Below are positions 27,022-41,715 of a DNA stretch of 64,000 nt, piece after piece. The notes below the pieces were generated by a model that saw nothing but the letters and a program-made list of their open reading frames with translations, ran no database searches and had not been told where the DNA came from. Source of the stretch: Eledone cirrhosa (lineage: Eukaryota); assembly GCA_964016885.1 (NCBI GenBank), contig CAXHJY010000578.1:1-64000 (forward strand), given 5' to 3'. The translations under genes were made by a program, and so were the position numbers. Numbering within the stretch: position 1 is the first letter of the stretch; each line of letters starts with the position of its first letter.

Positions 27022-28021
27022 TGTGTGTGTGTGTGTTTCAGTGACATAATAGACAGGATCCTCGTTAACTCAAATTATAAGCGAGTTTGAACACAGCGCT
27101 ACAAATTAATCAAACACTTATTAATTATATAAAAATGAGCTGCAGCTACGCGTCGTATCTCTATCCATGCCGTAGATCCTTAACTTCTGATGGTGTCGTA
27201 GGGGCGCCGTCAACGTACACAGCATATCGTGGGCATTTAAATCAGGCGAAGCCCTTTTCTCCCTAAATCTGAGCAGAACCGATTTCTTTCAGAGGAAAAA
27301 AAAATGTATATATATATATAAAGAGGGAGAGGGAGAGAGACAATTGACCCCTAATGCTGGATGGGTATTCTATTTATCGCTCTAAAAAAAATGATAGGTA
27401 AAGTTGCCTGAGGTGAGAACACGGAGCCGAATCACATTCTATCCGACGTTCTAACGGCTCTGATAATTCGCCATGCTTCAAGGTATCTATTTATACAAAA
27501 CTAGATTGAGCCTAGTGCATTGTTCTGGATTTAGAGCAGTACTAGTTATGGGAGACAAATTATACATTCTTCTACTAATGCAACCATCTCTAACCAAATC
27601 AAACCTAGATTTTCATTGATAGATTTAATCCTTTATACATATGGCCAGTACCTGGGCATTCCGCATCCTAGGCAAGATCTACAGTGAGCGCCCCTTCTCT
27701 TACTTATGCTCTCCTTTCTCACAAAGAAAATAATTTCAAGCTGACAAAACCTTGTTCTTGACATTTCTTGCTCTAATCACACTAAGTAAATTATTAAACC
27801 AGCATTTTCTACTACACACACCACCAACCACCCACACCAAATCATGATCATAACACCATACGACCCTCTTCACCGATATTTCAACAACGCTGTTATGTGG
27901 CAAAGATGTTTAGTGATTTATTTATTGATTGCAGGAAATATATATTTAATATACTTCGTTTTTGTATTTGTTTTGCAAGGTTTCTTATCTGAAAACGTGT
28001 GTTAAAACAGATATTGTTATA

Positions 28022-28415
28022 TATTGAGAGGGACATACTACCAATAAAAACATATGCACCTGTTAGTTTTCACTTCAATTTATCATAAACTTGCAGTTGG
28101 TTGGTTATTTATTTATGGTTATTTATTTGTTTATTATCAAAGTTCTTTCGTCAGACATTCTGTGACCTCCACAGTAACTATTGTTTTTATTTTGTGTCTC
28201 GCCTTTGTTCTGTCCTACACCATCTTGTTTTTGTGAGCTGTGTGCTCACAGCTCACAAAAACAAGATGGTGTAGGACAGAAATGTGTGACGAAATAATTT
28301 TGACATTAAACAAATAAATAATCATCTATTAAACTAACCAACTGGAAATTTATAATAAATTGAAGTGAAAAGCAACAGATGCATGTGTTTTTATTGGCAG
28401 CCTGACCCTCCCAAT
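28022..28415. repeat. Diverged palindrome with a perfect inner 35-bp-arm hairpin (28208-28281)
   Basis: ttctgtcctacaccatcttgtttttgtgagctgtg-tgct-cacagctcacaaaaacaagatggtgtaggacagaa; outer arms imperfect. Confidence 0.85.
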
Positions 28416-28624
28416 GCATAACACTAAATTTAATATACTTATACAAATATGTATAAAATTGTTATCTTTTAAAGTTCAGTCATGCGCTTCTCTGAGGGCT
28501 ACCCTAGGCAACTGCATAATTATGATAGCTTTAATGGTTACATCAGCCCTGATTATACCCCTCCCCCTCCCAAATGTACGGCCACATGTCATTGTTAGAA
28601 ATCAATATGGCTGAATGACACCAT

Positions 28625-28790
28625 TACTGTTGAAGTGTGTGTAACTGCTTTTCTCTGGCTATGTATGTTTGTATGGATGCATCTATGTATATATGTAAGT
28701 ATGTATGTATATATGTATGTCTGTATATATGTATGCATGCATACATGCATGTATGTATGTGTGTATATATGTATGTGTATGTATGTGTGC
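28625..28790. repeat. (TATG)n-type microsatellite
   Basis: Direct observation. Confidence 0.8.
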
Positions 28791-28927
28791 ATTTCATGTG
28801 TTTAGTTGGCGTCCACTGGTGAATATCGACCTCTGTAAGTTGATAGTCAAAATGACAAAATGGCATTTGTTGAAAGAAATTAAAAACCAGAATGAAATGT
28901 GACACACACACAAACAAATGCTACACG

Positions 28928-29060
28928 ACATGTAGCCAATAGCAACATGTAGTCCACGTCAACATGTAGTCCATGACAACCTGTAATCCATGACATGTAG
29001 TCAATGATAACATGTAGGTCAGCATGACATGTAGTTCAACATAACATATAACAGCATGCC
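28928..29060. repeat. Degenerate catgtagtc tandem repeat
   Basis: About 7 copies of acatgtag(t/c)c. Confidence 0.7.
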
Positions 29061-29203
29061 ATTGATACAATAAATCTAATCTACATTTTTAAAACCAGTC
29101 AATATATATACAGTGTACCCTCGGCATTCGCGGTCCCGGTTATTTGCGGAATTTTCCTTAGAACCTAACTGATAATTGTTCGTGGAAACTATATATATAT
29201 ATA

Positions 29204-30098
29204 CTAGCAGTGGTACCCGGCGTTGCACGGGATAAGGTATTTTGGAACGTGGGCCGCCAACAGACCTAATCGTGGACAAACTGCATGTCTGGACAATATG
29301 TAAAGAAAATAAACCGAATATTCTGATGGCTGGATAATCTTTAAGATTTTACTCGATGAGGCAGGAAAAATGCAGGTTTTCACCTAATGCGAGTCCTAGG
29401 GGAGCAAGAAAATAATTTTTTTTTATGTGCATAATATGCCTTGAAATTTCGGGTAAATCGGCTAACCTCCAAAAAGACCTAAAAAACTGAAAAAAATGAA
29501 GTTTTTCACCTAATGCGAGCCCTAGGCCATAAAAAAGTTGGATTTTCTTTGCTCACGGTATGAAGAAGAGACTGACTCAAGGAAATCGCTCTGACGTAAC
29601 GCCTCAAAAAAAAAAAAAAACTTAAAAAGCTGAAATAACGCTGTTTTTCACCTAATGAGATCAAAAAGTTGAATTTTTTATGTGCATAACACTCCCTGAA
29701 ACAAGTAATACACATGTAAAGTTTGAAAAAAATCGGTTGGGTACTTTTCGAGTTTTAGGGATTCAAACTCACACACACACACACAGACAGACAGACATCC
29801 TCAGGGGAGTGACGTAATGCAGACAGTCAGGCATACAAACAGATATTATAAGGGCGCGACGTTATATGTATGTATCTATCTAAAAAGAGAAAGACTAAGA
29901 ATTATAGAGAGAGATGGCTAAATCGCCTAATGCGGTCCCTAGGGCATTGAAAATTTGAAATTTCTTTTGCTCAGAACACTCCCTGAAACAAGTATTACAT
30001 GTGTAAAGCTTGAAAACAGCCGCTTTGGTGGTTCTCGAGTTTTAGGGATTCGAACTCACACACACACAGACAGGCATCCTCAGTTTTATATATATAGA
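29204..30098 (-). mobile_element. Non-autonomous Helitron
   Basis: 3' hairpin cccgtgcaacgccggg + CTAG at 29204; 5' TCTATATATATAAAACTGAGG at 30098. Confidence 0.75.
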
Positions 30099-30856
30099 CT
30101 AGCAGAAAACCACCCGGTGTGCGGTTTTCTGCTAGCAAATCTAGTGTATATACTGATATTGTTGAGATTTGGATGAGAAATGTTTTCGGCACTACATGTT
30201 CACCGTCTCTCGGTGTGTCTTATATGCATGTATAAATATATATGTTATCTATACGGTGAAATCTTTGAAATAAATATATGTTAAAACGAAAAAGGAGAAA
30301 AAGAGATTAGTGACGGAAATATAAACGTTATGATATAACGATGGAAATATATAAACGTTTACGATAAAACGATGGAAATAGAAACGTTTATATATAATAA
30401 GCCGAAACACTCGTAAGCCGAAACACTCGTAAGTCGAAACACTCGTAAAGCGAAACGTATAAATAAAGATTAATGTAATGAATTTGAAAAGCATAGAGAT
30501 TTGAAACCGCGTCTATTTGTTTCCTTGGCATTTTTTACAGACGGACAGACAGACAAACAAACAGAGAAATGCCCATTATATATTATAAGTAGACTTGGCA
30601 TGGTGTCAAGTCAGAACCGCCTCGAACTGGTTACTTCTGGCTTGTGCAAGGTGTCTCTATAGCAACCAGCGATTCCCTCGGCCTCAGTGACCAAAGTCAG
30701 TGGAGAGGGGAAGGTAATTTTTCTATAGCGACAGTGTTTCTTTTGGTAGTACCAAAGTGGAGAAAGGAAGGGGAAGGTAATATTTCTGTAGCACCTACAT
30801 TTGAGTTTTAGGGACAGACAGACAGACAGACAAACAGAGAAATGCCCATATATTTC

Positions 30857-30897
<41 letters not shown>

Positions 30898-30923
30898 CAC
30901 ACACAGAAATGTATATATATTTC

Positions 30924-30990
<67 letters not shown>

Positions 30991-31605
30991 CACACACAGA
31001 AATGTATATATATTTCTTAGAACAAAATTATTATTAATGTTTTGCTGTTCATAACAATTGGAATTGAAAAATTACTTTTGAAATTATTAGTTATTTTACT
31101 AATGCTTAGATATGTAAAAATGAAGCAATGTTTCTAATAATTGTTTGTACTTTTGGCACAAGGCCAGCAATTACACAGTACATTACTGGTACTTTATTTT
31201 ATCGACCCCGTGAGGATGAAAGGCAAAGTTAACCTCGGCGGTATTTGAACTCAGACCGTAAAGGGACGTAACTCCATGCTATGAAGCATGGTGTCCGACT
31301 CTCTACAGATTCTGCCAATCCACCGCCCTAATGTCTGTACGTAATGAGGGAGTGAGAGGGGAGAGAAAGAAAGGCAGTGATGAAGTGACGAAGTGACTCT
31401 CTCCTCATCCTCCATCTCCCCATTCATCACAGCGATAGAGGGGAGGAATGTTAGTGTGTTACAAAGAGAAAGAGTGAGAGTGAGAGAAACAGACAGACTA
31501 AACGAGAGGGATAGCTGGGGAGAGAGAGATAGCAACCACGCGCGCACGTGTTTCCACTGTCGGACAGACAGACAGAGAAATTGGTGGTTATATATTATAA
31601 GTAGA
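30099..31605 (-). mobile_element. Composite non-autonomous Helitron carrying a type A SINE (31138-31328)
   Basis: CTAG end at 30099; 5' TCTACTTATAAT at 30593 and 31605; inverted copy at 50024-51944. Confidence 0.75.
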
Positions 31606-32365
<760 letters not shown>

Positions 32366-32600
32366 AAAGGTAAAGATCTCATTCGGTCACGAATGACCAT
32401 GGGATTTGCACCTAAAAAGCTTCCCCCCCCCCCCCCCCCGAGGCACGAGTCCGGACAAGGTTGTTTGTGGAAGACCAGCAGTCGCCCATACCAGACTCCC
32501 CTCTCCATGCCACCGATGATGTCCAAGGTAAAGGTAATGGCCGATACAGCTTGGCACCAGTGATGTCACAACTCATTTCTACAGCTGAGTACACTGGATC
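32366..32600 (-). mobile_element. SINE type C 3' part; fuller copy at 55531-55847
   Basis: ggtaaaga..gtcacgaatgacc..ggatttgcacct..caaggttgtttgtggaagaccagcag shared. Confidence 0.75.
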
Positions 32601-33167
32601 AGGAAATACAGTTAGCAGAGGTTTTAATATCACATTTTATATCACATTTTAATATCACCTTTTATATCACATTTTTTTCCATGAATTTTAAATAAAATGT
32701 TTTTAGAATATACATAGACAGTTTGAAATGTGGGCTACATCGAACTTTTATTTTACTGTGAGCGACTGTAAGAACCTCATTTTGTATTGCTATCTAACTA
32801 TATGACTATAAAATCTATAAGAGAAATTTCTTTTTGTAGAATTTTCTGAATGTCGTGACCAATTTTATTTATTTTGTGATCCTCCAATGCGTCAGAACTC
32901 GTAGTTTGAAAAATCCTGCGTTACATAATACGATTAATCCTTTCTCATTTTAGAATTTATATCTTGCCATTTCAGTTACTCTCTTACACCTTTTCTACCC
33001 TACTCTCCCCACTTCTCAAGGTAACCACGAATGACGTCCTTCTCATGTTATAAACCGGCTTTTCTATAAAGGAGTCAGTTTGTAAATTTAGAAAGTGTTA
33101 TATTTCTTCTATATGTGCTTATTACTAATTTTAACGAAATACATTTGTTTTTGTCAGAATTAGCAAC

Positions 33168-33468
33168 GCTGATAATAGGCTCAGGCCAGATATGATATGT
33201 AGGCACCCACGGCTGTAATAGGCCCTGGCTAACAGTGAAATGTAGGCCTTACAAAAGCTGGTAACAGACCCAAACCAAATGTAAAATGTAGGTCCCCAGG
33301 GCTGGTAATAGGCTCAGGCCAGCTGTGAAATGTTGTCTCCTCTCCCAGCTGGTAATACGCCCAGGCGAGATGTAAAATGTAAGCACCCAAAACTGGTAAT
33401 AAGCTCAAACTACATGTGAAATATAAACCCCAGCAATGATGATAATCGGTCCGGTAATACAGGCCCCA
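33168..33468. repeat. Degenerate minisatellite, period about 44-47 bp, 6-7 copies
   Basis: gctg(g)taataggc..tgtgaaatgtagg at 33168, 33212, 33257, 33301, 33348, 33392. Confidence 0.8.
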
Positions 33469-33639
33469 TTTTAAACTACTCTATAAGTATCTTTGTAATC
33501 AATGCTAAATACATATGACTTGTGTATGGGTTACAGGTATAAACATCTACAAGCAAATATAATGTAAAAAGAATTAGAACATAAAGGAAGTAGTCCCATG
33601 CCGACCCTCATGCTCCATTCCTCTCTCTTGGTCTACATG

Positions 33640-36240
33640 TATGGTAATGGTAGTGTCGGATTATATAACTTGAACTATTCAATTGATGTTCTTTGCATTC
33701 TTAGTTCAAATCTCGGCAACGTTGACTTTATCTTTCATCTCACAAGGATCAATAAAATAGTTATCATTAATACACTGTGTATCCATTCAATCAATTATAT
33801 TTCTTATCTATACTCTTCTCGCTGTGTGCTAAATTTAGAAACAAATAGATTTTTTGTGAGTTTCATCCGTGTATAGATAATATGTAATGTGATCAATATC
33901 GAGCCACTTAAATCTCGCTGAGGTCAACTTTGCTTTTCGGGTCTCTATAAAAATAAAGTTCTAGTCGTATACCGGAGTCGAAATAATCAACTTGTCCCCA
34001 CTTCAAAATTGCTGGCGTTTTGTTTTGTCAAAATTAGAAATCATTATAGGTGATCACATTAGTTTTATCTCAATTTCTAATAAGAGGCTATCATTGTTAA
34101 AGGGGCCTTTAACTTCTCATGTAATGGCGCCGTCTTGATACGCTACGTGATTTGAGAATTTTAAATCTGACGGAATCCTTCTCTCACTAGGCTGGAACTC
34201 AGTCAATTTCTTCTAGAAAGAGGAAGAAATGATCTCAGTATTGTACTAGGACTTTATTTATCGTCCTCGAAAAATGAAAGGCAAAGTTGGCCATGGTGGA
34301 ATTTGAACTCAGAGAGCAGTAAGCCGGAACAAATACTGAGACATTTTTAATCCGACGTTCTAACGATTCAGCCCATTCGCTACCTGTTTTGTTAACAGAT
34401 ATGGTGCATGTAATGGCGGAAAATATCAGTGGTTGTAGTAGAATCGGAAGAAAGTCAAACAAATGTCCTGTCCTGTTCATTTAAGGTGCTTAACATAGCA
34501 GTTAGAGTGTAGGACTCTCGATCATAAGGTCATGGGTTCGATTCCTTGAACAGGCAGTGCTTAGTGTTTTTGAACATGACACTTCATTTTATGTTGTTTT
34601 ATCATAATTAGGACTGGGAGCTTCTATCATTAAAACACTCGAGAAATCTCGTATGAGGCCAGCTAAACGTGCATAGATGTGAGCTGTAAATTACTATTTT
34701 ATTTTTTTAATTTCAATATTTACTTACTACCCTCCAGATTCTGAGTTCAAACCCCGCCGAGTTCGACTTTATCTTTCATCCTTCGGGGGAGGGGGGGGGG
34801 GGGGTCAATAAAATAAACACCAGTTGAGGTCATGTGAAGGCGTCCAGCCTAGTGGTTAGGGTGTTGGTCTCTTGACCGTAAAGTTGTGGGCTTTATTCCC
34901 GAACCGGAAAGTGAATATCAGTAGTAGCAACTGGGGTTAACCTTGCAACGAACGTTTCCGTTCAAGGGACAGTCATGAATTCTCAGTCGCTCAGCGCCAC
35001 ATTAAACCGGAATAAGCTCCGTCATTATCGTTCAACTAGTGTCAGCATGGAAAGGAAAATATACTAGGGTCGATATAAACAACTATTCCTTCAACGATTC
35101 GTAAAGTCGTAGATTCGATTCCTGGATCAGATAGCTCGTTGTGGTCTTGAGCAAGACGCCTCATTCGACGCTGCTTTTCATGATAGGACTGAGTCCCCAG
35201 TCATTAAAGTACTCGAGAATACACTCCTACGATGTTGCAACTCATAGGAGGCCAGCTAAAACCTACGTAGGTGTGAGTGTAAATTTCCTTCTTTGTTCAG
35301 CAATCCCATAGTGTGAATCATCTAATTTATAGATACATAGAATCACAGAAAGACCAAGTAATCGACTCGATTTATCTGCAGTAGTGGAACTCCGTTGGTT
35401 ACGACGATGAGTTTTCCAGTTGATACGATCAACGTAACGGCCTGGTCGTGAAATTAACGTGCAAGTGGCTGAGCATTCCACAAACACGCGTACCCTTAAT
35501 GTAGTTCTCAGGGAGAACATAATGTGACAAGGCTGGCCCTTCGAATTACAGGTACAGTTCATTTTTGCCAGCTGAGTGGACTGAAGCAACGTGAAATAAA
35601 ATGTCTTGCTCAAGGACACAGCGCACCGCCGGATATCGAACTCTCAATGCCACGCGCCTTCACATTTATCCGCAGTAATGAATGAATCCAAATTACTACA
35701 GGTTTACCATCGATTTTCTGGCACCATTAGTTCCAGACATGTGCCGAATTATTGATTTTGCTGATCACGTTATAAGGATTTCTGCTTTAGGCACACGGTT
35801 AGCAATTTGAGGTGAGGGGAAAGTCGATCAAATCGATCCCAGTAATTGCCAGGTGTTTTACTTTATCAATTTCAGAAGGATACAAAGCAAACTGATCACA
35901 GCGGGATTTGCATTCAGAACGTAAAGAGCCGGAAAAAATACCGCAAAGCATTTTGTCCGACGCTCTAACGATTCTGCAAATCTATCGTCATCAGAGGTCA
36001 CGTAATAATAATTTAAAGTAAATTCCTTAGATACTAGTTATTAATAACGTTTTTCGCTACTAAACCTTTATAACACATCTTCAGACCTGCCAACCTCCAA
36101 AAACCCAAACGGGGAGTACCATGAAAAAAAAGTGCCCCCAGACGAGGGAAACTGGCAACATGGGGAGATTTTACATAATTGTTCCTACTTTTGGCACAAG
36201 GCCAGCATTTATCCCAGTGCGTTACTGGTGGTTTATTTTA
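33640..36240. mobile_element. Cluster of decayed SINEs on both strands (types A, B and a variant)
   Basis: Type A at about 33910-34045(+), 34235-34380(-), 34735-34825(+), 35780-35990(-); type B at 35385-35665(-); variant at 34485-34700 and 35095-35290. Confidence 0.7.
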
Positions 36241-37353
36241 TACATATTGAAAACTATACCCATTTTCACAAGAAAATACTTCTGTCACCCACCCCAAAGT
36301 GAGTGGAAGATCTCCCCGTCGACGAGGAGAGTTGATAGGTCTGCATTTCTGTTTATTCACTAGAAACATATGAAAACTGAAAACCTCACTTTCCACCTCA
36401 ATTATATGTTGACACTTGCACTGTGTTTGGAAAGTATAACTAGGGATGAATGTAAGCAAAATAGGATACGAATTCCACCCAATTCAACGGAGCTGCAGCA
36501 ACCGCCAGTAACTAGTTATTGAGACGATTGTAAATAAAACACTACACCACCTATGACTAACCAGTAAAAATCATGATATTCAAGTGTCCGCTCATAATTT
36601 TGTCCGGATAGAATGAGGTGCCTGACCATCAATGGCGTATCTGTAGTTTAAAAAGTGTCGAAAGGACAAGAGAAATCCAGGTAGGATCTACTTCAGGTCT
36701 GCCTTATTCATAAGGCTGACGGGGGAGAAGTGTACGAGGGTTCAAATTCTTTTCCCTTTTTTTTTTCTTCGCTACAGTGGAGTGAAAGATTGAAGTGATA
36801 GAGGGGGCCCCAAAATACTGGGAAACCCAGAGGCCAAGCCATGGGTAAATACGACCCAAGCTGTCAGTTCAGTGGGTTAATAGGACTCAGATGTGCTTCA
36901 AATATTAAAAGTAAAATACATTCATGAGAATTTCTTTGAACCGGAACTTAAGTAAATAAGTAAATATGTTATAACAGAGCTCAGTGTGTTGAGACTATGG
37001 ACGGAATGTAGTGTTAATCCCATGTGACGTTTGTTGTTGTTGAAAGTATGAAAATATTTGTACTATTACACATCATTACGTAGTTAGGGTGTGTTATTTA
37101 ACACAGATTATGTTATGGAGACATACAGAAGTTTTTTAAAGATTTTAACCTGATTATACCAAACCATAACTGAAAGTGTCCAGTATAATGCAGCATACGC
37201 GACCGGAAAACATAAAAAAAAGTTCTAAGGACCTGTAAAAACTCTTTATGACCTGTTCCACCATCATTCTTTTCTTGGGTGTTTTCAATCTCTAGTACTT
37301 AACTGGTACTTTATTTTATCGACTCTGGAAGGATGAAAAGCAAAAGATGACCT

Positions 37354-40300
37354 ATGATCAGGTCACTCTTGAGTGCTACTGGTAACATATAAACCAGTAC
37401 AACCTGTTGCATGGTCGGGTCGTCGGCGACTAAACTGGCAACCCCACCAAGTTTACTTGGTGAGGAGGGTGATTTTGGACACCCTGCACGACAAAAACAA
37501 AACCTGACAAAGGGCGGAAGAACTGATAAGAGTCAATGGCCTTCCAAAAATGTGTAAATATGTATATACACATGTACATATGTATGTGTATGTATATACG
37601 TGTGTATATGCCTGGGGTATCATGGAGGGGCATGTACCTCTGTAGGAGGGGCCGGGGCTAGCCATGCCCTTTTCAGGACAGCTCGTCCTGCATTGGGTCC
37701 GACCTGAGACTCAGCTCTCACCTGTGGCCCCAAGAAGCTGTAGCATACGACAGCGGCCACACCCTGGTAAACCGCCTTCGCTGGCGGGAAGAACAAGGTT
37801 GAGGGTAGCCGGACGGATCTGAACCCCCCACCCCCAGTGAGTTAGATAGGGGATCCTGCCCCTGCATGCGAAGACTGGACCCGGCGGAGTGAGTGGAGGA
37901 CAACATCGTCCCAACAATCACGAAGGCGGCGACAGCAAGTGGTGTGGAGCGCTAGGGCACGACAAGGCACTACAGACGTCGTGGCCATCCACTGCAGCCA
38001 GGGAAGTCCCTGGTCGTGACGGTCCTCCGTACCACTGGATTCTGGCTTCTGCGACCAAGTGAGTGGGACCGTCACTGTGCACTGGCCCTCCCACTATAAA
38101 CCTTTCCCGCACAGGTTTCTTCTTTAGCGTGCACTCCCAAAGCCCTGCGGCGATGGGCGAGAGACGGAGGTAACAGGTGGAGGTAACCTCTGGGATTTGC
38201 CAGTCTCAAATCTACACGTGGGCGGCCTGGATGCGCAAGTCGTTCTTCTCCTGACCCTGGGAGGACAGAGGAGATCAGGCCTTCCACCGGGCGACTGAGC
38301 AGCCCTTTTCAGGAGAGCACTGCTCAACCTCGCACGAGAGGAGGGGCGATAAAAGGAGCCCTAACCAAATGCTCGTCCCACACAAAGCCCGCCAGTCTAC
38401 CGCGGCTGGAGGTTTTACCCTCGCAAGTGGTCGAAACCAACATAATAGAAAGAAGAACTTGATTCTTGGCGGATGGAATATGCGCACCCTCGTGGATAGG
38501 GAAACCTTCTTGAGGCCAGAGAAAAGAACTGCTCTCATAGAAAAGGAATTAGCTCGCTACCGGATCGACATAGCCGCCCTCAGCGAGACTAGACTTGCCG
38601 AAGAAGGATCAGTAGCAGAACCGAAAGGAGGCTACACCTTCTTCTGGAAGGGCAATGCAAAGGACGAGGACAGAATCCACCGGGTAAACCTGGCCATCAT
38701 GACTTCACTCTGCAAGCTAGCTACCAGACCTCCCAACACCTGTGAGTGCGCGGCTGATGAAGCTCCGCTTCCCCCTCGACCCATCTCGGCATGTCACAGT
38801 CATCAGCGCGTACGCCCCCACTCTCACCAGCAGCGATGAAGCAAAGGATGCTTTCTACGGGGAACTCAACGCTCTCGTGAAGCGCGTCCCCCCAAGCGAT
38901 AAACTCATCCTACTGGGGGACTTCAAGGCAAGAGTCAGGTCTGACAGCAGCAACTGGAGAGGCGTGCTGGGACCTCACGACACAGGGAAGCTGAACTCTA
39001 ACGGCCTCATACTGTTGAGTTTCTGCGCCGAGAACGACCTCACCATCACCAGTAAACTGTTCCGCCAAGCAGACAAGTTCAAGACGACATACATGCACCT
39101 CAGATCCAAACAGTGGCATCTGATTGACTTTGCCATATGCCACAGAAGGGAAATCTGTGACGTCAGAATCACCAGGGCCATGCGTGGTGCAGAGTGTTGG
39201 ACCGACCATCGCCTTGTCAGGACCCTCCTGTCACTGCACATCACCCCGACGCATCGCAAGACTCCGAAAGTCTGTAGGCCACTTTCGACGTCGCACGACT
39301 CAAGCAGCCAGAGCATCGTGATGCGTTCACGGAAGACCTTGACGGCCGGCTGACTGCCCATGGACCACTGACCGGACCGCCAACTCAACAGTGGGTCCAG
39401 TTCAGGTCGCTGGTGACAGTCAGCCAAGGCAACCATCGGGCCGAGGAAGAGAGTCCACCAGGACTGGTTTGATGAGAACGATGAGCGCATCAGACAACTC
39501 CTGGACGAGAAGAGGAGGACTTTCATTGAGTGGCAGAATGACAGCTCCTCCACCTCGAAGCGCGACCGCTTCAAGCACCTCCAGAGGCAGACCTAAGCAG
39601 GACAAGTGGTGGGAAAAGAAGGCCGAAGAAGTCGAGAGATGCGCTGGCACAAAGAACTCCAAGATATTCTTCAGCGCCATCGGGGAAGTCTATGGACCCC
39701 CCAAGCCTGTCACCACGCCGGTGATGTCTGCTGACGGTTCGATCCTGCTGAAGGAGAAGAGCAGCATCAACTCGAGGTGGAGCGAGCACTTCAGCAACCT
39801 GCTCAACAGGCCCTCCACTGTCGACTCTGCCGCCCTCGACTAAGTCCCACAGAAGCCCGTAGTCGCTAGCCTCCCCCCTCCCCCCACCCACCTCCGCCTC
39901 CACGTTGGATGAAGTCACGAAGGCAATCAACTAGACCAGCTCAGTAAAGGCCCCTGGGAAGGACTGGATTCCTGCCGAGATCTTCAAATCGGCCGGTCCA
40001 GCTGCTCTGAGGCTCTTCCACACCCTCCTCGTCAGCATATGGGAGGAAGAAGAGGTGCCTAAAGACTTCAGGGATGCTACAGTTGTTTAAGAACAAAGGC
40101 AGCAAAACTGACTGTGGCAACTATCGGGGCACTTCTCTCCTGTCCATCGCTGGGAAGGTCCTGGCTTGAGTCATGCTCAACTGCTTCATTGCCAACATCT
40201 CGGAGGACAACCTGCCTGAGGCCCAGTGTGGGTTCCGCCCAAACCGCAGCACGATCGACATGATCTTCTCTGTACGCCAGGTGCAGGAGAAGTGTGTCGA

Positions 40301-41709
40301 GCAGAACATGGACCTCTTTGTCGTCTTCATAGACTTGACGAAGGCATTCGACACTGTCAACAGGGAGGGCCTTTGACACTGTCAACAGGGAAGCCCTCTG
40401 GTCGATCCTGTCGAAGTCTGGATGCCCGACAAAGTTTGTGAACCTGATACGGCAATTCCATGACGACATGACCGGGCTGGTGCACTCGGGCGGAGAGGCA
40501 TCGGAGCCGTTCGGAATCACCAACGGCGTCAAGCAAGGATGCGTGCCTGCTCCCGTCCTCTTCAACCTGTTCTTCACCTGTGTGCTCAATCATGCCGTCA
40601 GGGACCTCGAGCACGGAGTGTATCTGCGATACAGACTGGACGGCTCCCTGTTTGCCCTGAGGCGCCTGACAGCCAAGACAAGGACCGTCCAGAGGATCGT
40701 CCTGGAGGCACTTTTTGCTGACGACTGTGTCCTCATGGCCCACAGGGAGTCTGACCTCCAACTCATCGTCAACAAGTTCGTGGAGGCCTCCTGCCTCTTC
40801 GGTCTTACAATTAGCCTTGGCAAGACTGAGGCCCTGTTCCAGCCTGTACCTGCCTCCGTCGCCCACCCTCCTTCCATCTCCATCGGAGGCACCCAGCTAA
40901 AGACGGTGGACGATTTCAAGTACCTCGGCAGTGTCATCAGCAGCGATGGAAGCCTCGACGAGGAGATAAACGACAGAATATGCAAGGCCAGTCAAGCCCT
41001 CGGCCGCCTGAGGACACGCGTCCTGAACCAGCACAACATCAGGCAGTCCACCAAGCTGAAGGTGTACAGGGCCGTTGTTCTCACCAGCCTCCTCTACGGA
41101 TGTGAGACATGGACCCTGTACAGAAGACACCTGAAGCAGCTGGAACGGTTCCACATGCGCAGCCTGCGGTCAATTATGAACATCAAATGGCAGGACAAGG
41201 TCTCCAACATCGAAGTTCTTGACATGGCTGAGACAACCAGTATCGAAGCTATGATACTGAAGAGCCAACTTCGATGGGTGGGACATGTCATCCGGATGGA
41301 CGATCATAGGCTTCCGAAGCAACTGATGTATGGGGAACTCTGTTCGGGGAAACGAAAGCGGGGCAGGCCTCTCAAGAGGTTCAAAGACTGCGTGAAGTCC
41401 ATTATCAACAACACTGGAATCGCGCCAAAACAACTCGAGTCCCATGCTCAGGACAGAACTGAGTGGCGAGCCCTTACCAGACGCGCCCAAGACTCTTTTG
41501 AAGAGAAGAGATGGGCAGAGGTCACTGAGGCCCGTGAAAGGAGGAGAAAGGCATCAACACCTGCCCCAAGCGACTCCGGTCTCTTCCCCTGCCCCCACTG
41601 TCTCCGGGCCTGCAAGTCAAGGATCGGCCTCCACAGCCACCTTCGTGCCCATGGCAGACGGAAACTAAAACAAAGAAGATGTCATCATCGTTTACGATGG
41701 ACAACCAAG
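37354..41709 (+). mobile_element. Near full-length RTE/BovB-type LINE inserted in a type A SINE, with 57-bp TSD
   Basis: TSD at 37297-37353 and 41710-41766 (1 mismatch); GC-rich 5' UTR; APE-RT-C2H2 coding region; SINE resumes after 41766. Confidence 0.93.
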
Positions 41710-41715
41710 ACTTAA
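38369..41715 (+). pseudogene. RTE ORF (APE endonuclease, RT, C-terminal C2H2) with frameshifts and stops
   Basis: LGGWNMRTL, DIAALSETR, SAYAPT, LLGDF, WTDHRL, QCGFRPNRST, FIDLTKAFD, GVKQGC, LFADD, CPHCLRACKSRIGLHSH; small tandem duplication near 40350-40392. Confidence 0.93.

Noticed and set aside
31251-31547. Same peptide predicted at 31251-31547 and 50324-50845
   Set aside because: Explained by the duplicated Helitron/SINE sequence, not a gene
37611-37800. Possible HDV-like ribozyme in the RTE 5' UTR
   Set aside because: Known for some RTEs, but I could not assign the nested double pseudoknot by eye
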